A DNA stretch of 58,733 bases, filler included, from Candidatus Zhuqueibacterota bacterium (lineage in GTDB: Bacteria > BS750m-G25): assembly GCA_016783505.1 (NCBI GenBank). It is 4 parts of 4 records of this genome, joined end to end, with 100 filler letters (N's around TTAATTAATTAA, not from the genome) between each part and the next. Parts side by side here need not be neighbours in the genome. Positions count along the whole stretch, not along the records: positions 44,336 to 58,733 come from JADHWK010000055.1; 3 more parts are not named here. One strand, written 5' to 3'. Of the stretch, positions 51,035-58,733 are shown piece after piece. The notes under the pieces are model-generated. The model was not told where the DNA came from. It searched no databases and saw only the letters and a list, made by a program, of their open reading frames with translations. Positions within the stretch are counted from its first letter, which is position 1; every line of letters starts with the position of its first letter. Position numbers and translations under genes: made by a program.

Positions 51035-51170
51035 GTTCAAAAATTTCAAAAATGGCCTTAGGTTTAGGTGAGTTCTTTAAATTTAGGCAATCTTTAAAGT
51101 CTTTGAAATTTAGGCAACTCTGTGTAGTTTTAATTGATTGTGAAGTACTGATGATTGGATAAGGTGGACC

Positions 51171-53537
51171 GTGTGGGTTCCAGAAAAAGTTTACCGGGGG
51201 TTGGATTTCGATTGGGTGCGGGCCCAGGTGGCCGCCCAGGCGACCTCACCCCAGGGAAGGGAAAGGGCGCTAGCCATGAAGACCCTTCCCGACTTGAACG
51301 AAGTTACTCGAGAGCTGTCCTGTACATTAGAGATGCAAAAACTATTGGGTTCGGGGGAACATTTTCCCATTGCCGGGGCCCAAGATTTAGGACCGGCGTT
51401 GAGAAGGGCAGCGGTGGCCGGTTCAAAGCTGGAACCCGGTCAGTTGTTGGCCATCGCCGCCACCTTAAGGGTGGGCCAGACCCTCCGGAGGCAAGGTAGA
51501 AAACTTAGGGAATCTTACCCCCATATCGGTGATATCATCGGTGCCCTGGCCGATCAGAAGGAGCTCCTTGATCGCATTGACAAGACCCTGGATCAGGCCG
51601 AGAAACTGAAGGATGAGGCTAGTCCGGAGCTTAAGCGCCTGAGGCGGCATCAGGGCCGGGTCAGGGCCGGACTGGAGGCCCGCTTGAACGCCTTAGCCGA
51701 TGATTTGACCAGGCAGGGTTACCTGCAGGAGAGGGTCGTCACTATCCGAAACGGCAGGCTTGTCCTACCGGTCAAGAGCGAACATCGGCGCCGCCTGCCC
51801 GGTGTGCTCCACGATCAATCAGCCACCGGGGCCACCAGCTTCATCGAGCCGTTGGAAACCTTAGAGCAGGGCAATCAGCTCAGGCACTTGACGGTGGCCA
51901 TCACCGCCGAAGAGGATAGAATTCTGCGATCCCTTACGGGTGCCATCCGCCAGCACTTATTCCCCATACAAAAAAATGTGGACCTTTTGGGAAGGCTTGA
52001 TTTTATCTACGCAAAGGCCCGGTTCGCCAACCGGATTGGGGCCCAGCCCCCGATCCTTAAGGGTAATGGTCCCCTAAGGATTAAGGGGGGAAGACATCCG
52101 TTGCTGTGGTCAAAAATTGGGGAAGGGGTGGTTCCCTTAGACCTGGAGGTCGAAGATGGGGTGGGGGCGGTGCTCATCACCGGACCCAACGCCGGGGGGA
52201 AGACGGTGGCCATAAAGACGGTAGGGCTGTTGGTTCTAATGGCCGCCAGCGGTCTCCCCATCCCCGCCCATCCCTCCTCTTACATCCCCCCCTTCAATGG
52301 CCTTTTCGTCCACCTCGGGGACGAACAATCAATTGAGGAAGATCTGTCCACGTTTACCTCCCACGTTATTAACCTCAAGGAGATGTTGGGGCTCCCCGCG
52401 GGGAAGAATTTAATCCTCATTGATGAGATTGGCACCGGGACCGACCCCGAGGCGGGGGCAGCGCTGGCCCAGGCTGTTTTAGAAAAACTGCTCCAAACGG
52501 GGAGTCTGACCATCGCTTCTACCCATCACGCCCGCCTGAAGGCCTTTGCCGCCAGTCAGGAAGGGATAGTGAATGGAGCGATGGAATTCGATGCGGTCAG
52601 TTTAAAACCTACCTATCGCTTCCAACTGGGTCTACCAGGGGGGAGTCATACCTTTGAAATTTCGGAACGGGTGGGCCTGGACCCGGTGGTAGTGGGGCGG
52701 GCCAGGCACTTTTTGGGCCGCCAGCAGGGCTACGTGGAGGACCTTATTGGTGACCTGGAAAAGAAAAGGCAACACTATGAGGGGCTGGGGGCTGGGCTTT
52801 CCCGGAAACAAAGCGAGCTGGAAGGGTTGGTAAAGTTGTATCGGGAGAGGCTGAAGGAGCTCGAAAGGGAAACAGAAGTTATTAAAAGGAAGGCTGTAGA
52901 GGAGGCGCAATTCATCCTCGCCGAAGTCAACCGTCGGGTGGAAGGGGTGATCAAGAATATTAAGGAAAAGTCGGCCAGTCGAGAGAGTATCCAACGGGCG
53001 AAGCAGTCCATCTCTGCAGTCAAACATGAAATAGAGAACCAAGAGAAAGCCCTGAAAAGGGAGAAAAGCAACCTTTCCCGGGATCAGAGGGTAGAAATTG
53101 GGGATTGGGTTCGGGTGGAGGAGTGGGGAGAGCCCGGCCGCATCCTGGCCTTAGATGGAAAGAAAGCCCTGGTGGAGGTGGGGTCGGTGAAGGTCTGGGT
53201 AGGTAGGGGCAAAATTTTGGACCGAACGGTGGGGGCCGATTCCATCCCGGCAGGGGTTCCAAAGCCTTTGGGAATCTTGCTGGAGACCCTGGCCGTATCC
53301 CCCCAGATCAACCTGCGGAGACTGACCTTTGATGAGGCCCGGGATCGGCTGGAAAAATACCTGAACGACTCCCTGTTGGCGGGGTTAGAGAAAGTCTGTA
53401 TTATTCACGGGAAGGGAACCGGAGCCCTGCGGGAGAAGGTAGGTTCGTATCTGAAATCCCATCCCCTGGTGAAAGATACCCGGCCAGGTGGGTTAGGAGA
53501 GGGGGACGCTGGGGTGACTATTGTTACCTTGCGATAA
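51171..53537 (+). CDS. mutS2: endonuclease MutS2
   Basis: HDQSATGAT; ITGPNAGGKT; STFTSH; DEIGTGTDP; C-terminal Smr domain IIHGKGTG. Confidence 0.96.
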   Translation: MWVPEKVYRGLDFDWVRAQVAAQATSPQGRERALAMKTLPDLNEVTRELSCTLEMQKLLGSGEHFPIAGAQDLGPALRRAAVAGSKLEPGQLLAIAATLRVGQTLRRQGRKLRESYPHIGDIIGALADQKELLDRIDKTLDQAEKLKDEASPELKRLRRHQGRVRAGLEARLNALADDLTRQGYLQERVVTIRNGRLVLPVKSEHRRRLPGVLHDQSATGATSFIEPLETLEQGNQLRHLTVAITAEEDRILRSLTGAIRQHLFPIQKNVDLLGRLDFIYAKARFANRIGAQPPILKGNGPLRIKGGRHPLLWSKIGEGVVPLDLEVEDGVGAVLITGPNAGGKTVAIKTVGLLVLMAASGLPIPAHPSSYIPPFNGLFVHLGDEQSIEEDLSTFTSHVINLKEMLGLPAGKNLILIDEIGTGTDPEAGAALAQAVLEKLLQTGSLTIASTHHARLKAFAASQEGIVNGAMEFDAVSLKPTYRFQLGLPGGSHTFEISERVGLDPVVVGRARHFLGRQQGYVEDLIGDLEKKRQHYEGLGAGLSRKQSELEGLVKLYRERLKELERETEVIKRKAVEEAQFILAEVNRRVEGVIKNIKEKSASRESIQRAKQSISAVKHEIENQEKALKREKSNLSRDQRVEIGDWVRVEEWGEPGRILALDGKKALVEVGSVKVWVGRGKILDRTVGADSIPAGVPKPLGILLETLAVSPQINLRRLTFDEARDRLEKYLNDSLLAGLEKVCIIHGKGTGALREKVGSYLKSHPLVKDTRPGGLGEGDAGVTIVTLR

Positions 53538-53551
53538 ATACGTGAAGATGG

Positions 53552-54016
53552 ATGAAGACGAAAAGAAAAATGAGAACGTATCTGGACACCTCTGTTATCT
53601 CAGCACTGTTTGATGATAAAAATCCGGAGAGGAAATCCCTTACAGAGGCCTTTTTCAAGGAGATGGAATATTTTGAGACTTTCATCTCCGAAATTACGGT
53701 TGCTGAGATTGAACGTACTCCTGATGTGGAGCTCCGAAATAAGATGAGAGAGGCGATATCGCGATTTCCAATACTCTCTCTAACCGATGATGTAGAATGG
53801 TTGGCAGAGGAATATGTTCGTTATGGCGTAGTTCCAGAAGGTTATCCCGAAGATGCTTACCATATCGCTATCGCTGTTATAAATGAGCTGGATTATCTTC
53901 TAAGTTGGAACTTCAAACATATTGTAAGAAGGAAAACAAGAGACATAGTAAGGATGGTAAATACTTTAAATAGACTAAGGCAAATAGAAATTATAACACC
54001 AGCAGAGTTGCTATAG
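53552..54016 (+). CDS. PIN domain protein (VapC-like)
   Basis: YLDTSVIS, EDAYHIAIA and LSWNFKH motifs. Confidence 0.9.
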   Translation: MKTKRKMRTYLDTSVISALFDDKNPERKSLTEAFFKEMEYFETFISEITVAEIERTPDVELRNKMREAISRFPILSLTDDVEWLAEEYVRYGVVPEGYPEDAYHIAIAVINELDYLLSWNFKHIVRRKTRDIVRMVNTLNRLRQIEIITPAELL

Positions 54017-54026
54017 GAGGGGAAGT

Positions 54027-54215
54027 ATGAACAAGATCAAAGAAAAAGATATCGAAGAAATAAAGAAGATGGTGAAAGAGGAGTTCCCAGACGATCCGGC
54101 TTTACAGCAAGTTCATATTGCGAGGAAAATCATTGCTAAAGAAGCGGAACTTGAAGGAGCAAGTTTTTTTGAATACGTCAAATCGATGGGAAAACGGGTT
54201 AAAGATTTCAAATGA
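54027..54215 (+). CDS. small hypothetical protein, possible antitoxin partner
   Basis: RBS AGGAGG; 62 aa; starts 10 nt after the PIN stop. Confidence 0.7.
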   Translation: MNKIKEKDIEEIKKMVKEEFPDDPALQQVHIARKIIAKEAELEGASFFEYVKSMGKRVKDFK

Positions 54216-54406
54216 AAGAGGGGTGTATTACATACGAAGCCAAAGTCGGGTAAAAAATCTTCTCCTTTCCTACAGTAGATATGGGATCATCCATAAGAAT
54301 CCATGGCAACAGTTATGGCAGGGAAGACAATCTCCCTGATGAACTGAGGTATTAAATTTAGGTTAAATGGGATTAGGATCGCTGTTTGCCCGGAGTTTAA
54401 AACGAT

Positions 54407-56200
54407 ATGGCTTGGGGAATTCCGCAGGATAAAATTGAAGAGGTGCGGGGGGCCACCGACATCGTTGATCTGATCTCCGGCTATCTCAGCTTGAAACGAC
54501 GGGGAAAGAACTATTTTGGTCTCTGTCCCTTTCATCAGGAGAAGACCCCCTCCTTTGCCGTCAACCCGGAAAAGGGTATTTACCACTGCTTCGGGTGCGG
54601 AGCCGGGGGGAATGTCTTTTCCTTTCTAATGGAACATGAGAAAATCAGCTTTCCCGAGGCGGTGCGGCTTTTAGCCCAACGGTCCCATATTGAATTGCCC
54701 CCCGAACGCAAGCCGGACGAGGGGTCAAAGGAGAACGACATTTTATTCCCTGTGAATGAGATGGCGGCCCAGTTTTTTCAGCAGGAGTTAAAGAAACATC
54801 CCCGGGTTCAGGCATATCTTGAGGGTCGGGGCTACTCCGGGGAGATTGTGGAGACTTTCCGGATTGGATACTCCCCGCCGGGGTGGGACAATCTGTTAAA
54901 CTTTGCGGCTAAACAGGGGATCAAAACCCGACTGCTCCTCCGGTTGGGATTGGCTGTTCAGAAGGAGGGAAGCGACCGCGTCTACGATCGCTTTCGGGAA
55001 CGGCTGATGTTTCCCATTTTGAACCTCTCCGGCCGGGTAGCCGGGTTCGGCGGCCGCAACTTGGCCGAAGGAGAAGATATTCCCAAATACCTCAATTCCC
55101 CAGAAAGCTCCATCTATCAAAAAGGGAGCCTCTTATATGGGTTATATCATAATCGGGATGGGATCCGGCGGGAGGAGATGGCCCTGATAGTTGAGGGATA
55201 TACCGACCTTTTATGTTTGGTCCAGTACGGGATTGGGAACGCGGTGGCCACCCTGGGGACGGCGTTAACGGAGAGGCAGGCCTTGCTCCTTAAACGATAC
55301 ACAAGCCGGGTGGGCTTGGTCTTTGACGCCGATTCAGCCGGGGCCGAGGCCGCCCTGCGGGGGGGTGAGGTTTTAGTCACCCAGGGGCTGGGGGTCTTTG
55401 TGGTCACCCTACCCCAGGGGGAGGACCCGGACAGCTTTTTGGTATCCAAGGGGGAAAAGGCCTTCCGGAAACGAATTGAGAAACCCCCCCCCCTGCTCGA
55501 CTTTATGATTCAAACCCACAAAGCGAGGGGAGGGCTGAACGATGTCCATCAGAAGTCCGAGACGATCCGTTCCATGCTGAGCTGGATAGGCCGCGTCAGG
55601 GATGGGGTGAAGCGGAACCTCATCCTGAAGGAACTGTCGGAAAAGGTGGGGCTGGCCGAGGATGTGCTGGCTTCAGCGATGGGGAAAATGAGGACACGGA
55701 TCAGTCTGCCTGAAGGGGTGAGGGGCTCCCCGGAGGCGGGGGTTGTCTTTCCCCCCCAGCATTCGGCCGAAAGGGATTTGGTAAAGGTCCTCATTAGAGA
55801 AGAGGGGTTGAGAAAATTTATCTTCCGATATATCAAAGTGAGGGATTTTCAGAATCCCCTGCTGAAGGAGATCGCCCGCTGGATCCTTAAGGAGGTGAAG
55901 GCGGGTCGGGCTTTCACCCCGGTGCAATTGATGGATGGGATGCCCGCTCAGGGGGTGAGCCGCTTCATCGCCGCCTTAGAATCCGATCCCTCCTTCCCGG
56001 CGGTGGAGGGCAGGAAGCTGGCCCGTGACTACATTATCAAGATCAAGACCGCCCGTATCGAAGAGCAGATTGAGGATGTGCGCCAGGCGATTCGGGAGGC
56101 CGAGCAACAGGGCCAGGATGTTTCTCCCTTGAACCGACAGTTCGATGAATTGGAAACGCTTAAAAAGAAGATAGTATCGGGCAGCCTTTTCAGGGACTAA
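54407..56200 (+). CDS. dnaG: DNA primase
   Basis: CPFHQEKTPSF zinc finger; PKYLNSPE; VEGYTD; TOPRIM DAD; EDPD. Confidence 0.98.
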   Translation: MAWGIPQDKIEEVRGATDIVDLISGYLSLKRRGKNYFGLCPFHQEKTPSFAVNPEKGIYHCFGCGAGGNVFSFLMEHEKISFPEAVRLLAQRSHIELPPERKPDEGSKENDILFPVNEMAAQFFQQELKKHPRVQAYLEGRGYSGEIVETFRIGYSPPGWDNLLNFAAKQGIKTRLLLRLGLAVQKEGSDRVYDRFRERLMFPILNLSGRVAGFGGRNLAEGEDIPKYLNSPESSIYQKGSLLYGLYHNRDGIRREEMALIVEGYTDLLCLVQYGIGNAVATLGTALTERQALLLKRYTSRVGLVFDADSAGAEAALRGGEVLVTQGLGVFVVTLPQGEDPDSFLVSKGEKAFRKRIEKPPPLLDFMIQTHKARGGLNDVHQKSETIRSMLSWIGRVRDGVKRNLILKELSEKVGLAEDVLASAMGKMRTRISLPEGVRGSPEAGVVFPPQHSAERDLVKVLIREEGLRKFIFRYIKVRDFQNPLLKEIARWILKEVKAGRAFTPVQLMDGMPAQGVSRFIAALESDPSFPAVEGRKLARDYIIKIKTARIEEQIEDVRQAIREAEQQGQDVSPLNRQFDELETLKKKIVSGSLFRD

Positions 56201-56269
56201 TTGTTATTTTTGATTGACAAAGTCCCGATTTATTATTATATTTAGTTGGGATTTTAAGTTTTATGCTCT

Positions 56270-56343
56270 GGGCCCATAGCTCAGCTGGTTAGAGCATCCG
56301 ACTCATAATCGGACGGTCCCAGGTTCGAATCCTGGTGGGCCCA
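56270..56343 (+). tRNA. tRNA with CAT anticodon, most likely tRNA-Ile2 (lysidine)
   Basis: GGGCCCA/TGGGCCC acceptor stem; TCCGA-CTCATAA-TCGGA anticodon arm; GGTTCGAATCC T-arm; CCA not fully encoded. Confidence 0.92.
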
Positions 56344-56445
56344 CCTCCTCTTTAAATATATTGATGAAACCGGGTGTACCATTGCCCTGGAATTTGCGAA
56401 TGCTAAACCTTATCATCATTTTATGGGGTAACATCTTACGCATCG

Positions 56446-56478
56446 AAAAAGTGCACCGCCAATCCGGTGCACTTTTTT
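56446..56478 (+). terminator. intrinsic terminator after the tRNA
   Basis: AAAAAGTGCACCG-CCAATC-CGGTGCACTTTTTT. Confidence 0.8.
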
Positions 56479-56511
56479 ATCAATATTGTCCGTCTAATTG
56501 AGGGGAATACC

Positions 56512-57240
56512 TTGAAAGAGGTCTTGAAAACCCTGGTCAAACTTCAGGAGATTGACTCCGAGTTGATGGATTTAGAGCAGGAAAGGGGGGATCTTCCCGA
56601 ATCGGTGGAAAAATTACAGACTGAGGTACAAAAGCTTTCGGTGGATTTGGAGGAGGCCGGGGCCGAGCTGACCGCCCTTCAGCGGCAGCACAGAGAAAAG
56701 GAAGGGGAGCTAAGCCTGATGAGGGACAAGTTCCAGAAATATCAAAACCAGCTTTATTCGGTTACCACCACCAGGGAATATGATGCTCTGTCCACCGAAA
56801 TTGATACCCTGAAGGCAAAAATTGATGGGGAGGAGGGGGAAATTTCAGGGCTGATTGATCGGGAGGAAGATTTGGCCGAGAAAATCCAAGCCCTGGAAAA
56901 GGAACACCAGGCTTTGCAGGAGGATCTACAGGGCAAGGAAGGCGAACTCAGCGAAAGATTGTCCGAAACGGAAGACGATCTGGTGGCCCTTCAACACGAG
57001 CGGGAAAAACTGGTGGTGCGTCTCATCAAAATTGACAGGCAACTGCTGGCCGATTACGATCGAATCCGGGCGGCCAAAAATGGGGTTGCGGTAGCCGAAA
57101 TTTACAAAAGGGCCTGTGGTGGATGTTTTAAAACCCTTCCTTTGCAGAAGATCGTCGAAATTAAAAAGATGGAGAGGATCATTCTCTGTGAGGTGTGCGG
57201 CCGCATTCTGGTGCCCGAAAAGGGCGAATATCTATCCTAA
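56512..57240 (+). CDS. coiled-coil protein with C4-type zinc ribbon (DUF164 family)
   Basis: LVKLQEID; long coiled coil; CGGC..CEVCGRIL. TTG start after GAGGGG. Confidence 0.9.
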   Translation: MKEVLKTLVKLQEIDSELMDLEQERGDLPESVEKLQTEVQKLSVDLEEAGAELTALQRQHREKEGELSLMRDKFQKYQNQLYSVTTTREYDALSTEIDTLKAKIDGEEGEISGLIDREEDLAEKIQALEKEHQALQEDLQGKEGELSERLSETEDDLVALQHEREKLVVRLIKIDRQLLADYDRIRAAKNGVAVAEIYKRACGGCFKTLPLQKIVEIKKMERIILCEVCGRILVPEKGEYLS

Positions 57241-57624
57241 AATATTGGTTTAAGCACATATTCAGTCCTCTAACCAAATTCAGCCAGAGACGTCTGACGA
57301 AACTAATATTAAATTACTAACGAAATGAATTCTCAAGCGAACAATATAGAAAAATGGTATTCTTGATCTTGTAATTTCAAATATACAAACTCTAATTTCT
57401 AAATCCGAAACAAATTCGAATGATCAAATTCCAAATTTCAAACGACACGACATATTTCAAATTATGACCTAATAGGTTTTGATATTAGAATTTTGGATTT
57501 TGATATTGTTTTGGATTTCGTATTTCGGATTTGTAATAAAGAATTACTGACAAAAATATTACAGCAATATCGTGAATAAATATCACGATATTGGATCGTT
57601 AAAGGCTTAAAGGGGGATATTATT

Positions 57625-58053
57625 TTGGGGAAGAAGCTTTTTATCTACCTTGATGGGGCCTCCCGGGGCAATCCGGGGGAAGCGGGCTATGGGATAGTTA
57701 TAAAGGACGAGCATGGGAAGGTCCTTCACGAAATCGCCAAATATATTGGACGGGCTACCAATAATGTGGCTGAATATGAGGCCCTGCTCCGTTGTCTGGA
57801 GGAGATTGATCCTGCAAAGGGGCCCTGGCAGGATGTGGGGATGGTGACCGCTTATTCGGACAGCGAGCTTTTGGTCCGCCAGGTCCGGGGTGATTTTCGT
57901 GTCAGGAACAGGGTCCTCAAAGAGTATTTTCAGAAAATTCTCAGATTGATCAAGGGACGAGCCTATTTCTTTGAAATACAATTTATCACCAGAAAGGAGA
58001 ATAAAGAAGCTGACAGGTTGGCTAACCGGGCTATTAATCTTCGGATAACATAA
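57625..58053 (+). CDS. rnhA: ribonuclease HI family protein
   Basis: DGASRGNPG, TNNVAEY, DSELLVRQ and NKEADRLAN motifs. Confidence 0.93.
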   Translation: MGKKLFIYLDGASRGNPGEAGYGIVIKDEHGKVLHEIAKYIGRATNNVAEYEALLRCLEEIDPAKGPWQDVGMVTAYSDSELLVRQVRGDFRVRNRVLKEYFQKILRLIKGRAYFFEIQFITRKENKEADRLANRAINLRIT

Positions 58054-58074
58054 CTTCTAAGGTTCGGGTTAAAT

Positions 58075-58445
58075 TTATAAATCACAATCTCAAAATCACA
58101 AATCACAAACAAATCCTAAATTCTAATATCCAAATTATGGTGCTTCACGGATTATAGTTAAATAGAAAAACCAATAGGAAGCACCTGTCCATTTGTTAGA
58201 ATTCTAAATAACAAATTCCAAATCACAAACATCCCGAAACTTCGGGACCAATATATAAATTCTAAACTTGTTCACCTTTATTAATAGATTCAGTAGGATT
58301 GATGTATGAATGAAAACCATCCTCTCAACTAATTCTCTGATGATCGCATAAGCTCTTAAATCGTATTGTTTTGGATTTGTCCCGAAGCTTCGGGATTGGT
58401 CATTTGATATTGTTTGGAATTTAGTGCTTGGAATTTGAAATTTGC
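58075..58445. repeat. heptamer-like low-complexity tracts in inverted arrangement, with TCCCGA/TCGGGA palindromes
   Basis: AAATCAC/AAATTCC/AATATCC runs facing TTGGAAT/TTGATAT runs; similar tracts at 57370-57535 and 14670-14880. Confidence 0.6.
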
Positions 58446-58486
58446 AAAAGTTTAGTTAGAAATCCTGAGACGTTGAATTAATGTTC

Positions 58487-58733
58487 AGGGCAGACCAGGC
58501 GATCGCTCCGATCGCGTAAGCGTATCGGGGAGGAAAGTCCGAACTCCACAGGGCAGGGTGCTCCGTAACACGGAGGCTTCCCCGACTCAAAGGTCGGGGG
58601 GGACGGAAAGTGCCGCAGAAACGATACCGCCCCGATCCCGATTATTCGGGACGGGGTAAGGGTGAAATGGTGGGTCCCGAGATTAATCGGGATTAATGTA
58701 AGAGCCCACCGCTCCGATGGTGACATCGGGGGC
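58487..58733 (+). ncRNA. rnpB: RNase P RNA, type A (3' partial)
   Basis: GAGGAAAGTCCGAACTCC, AGTGCCGCAGAAA, GGTAAGGGTGAAA and GTAAGAGCCCACC conserved blocks; located after rnhA. Confidence 0.96.

Noticed and set aside
58478-58726. 82-aa minus-strand ORF
   Set aside because: Antisense shadow of rnpB.

Overview
The window joins four contig pieces (1-15086, 15187-29684, 29785-44235, 44336-58733) with artificial N/TTAATTAATTAA spacers. The genes point to a diderm bacterium; the many YPNPFNP secretion C-terminal domains (CTDs) and the TonB receptor fit an FCB-group lineage such as KSB1 or Calditrichota (inference only). Piece 4 is core chromosome: eno, ftsB-like, rpsU, cvpA, mutS2, dnaG, tRNA(CAT), zinc-ribbon protein, rnhA and rnpB, plus a PIN module. 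Pieces 1-3 are accessory and show the most unusual structure. (i) An orphan two-repeat, one-spacer CRISPR-like unit with a promoter-bearing leader and no cas genes. (ii) A terminator-promoter-RBS module repeated three times, each linked to attC-like half sites and each placed before unrelated genes. (iii) In an array of CTD genes, a duplicated platform (promoter, attI-like simple site, ~230-bp spacer, attC-like GTTRRRY junction) feeding different cassette-like genes that end at attC-like sites or CTD remnants; no integrase is present in the window. Short palindromic repeats fill the intergenic DNA and appear to have inserted into the RNase P RNA, including loop L13. All calls come from motif recognition by eye, without database searches.
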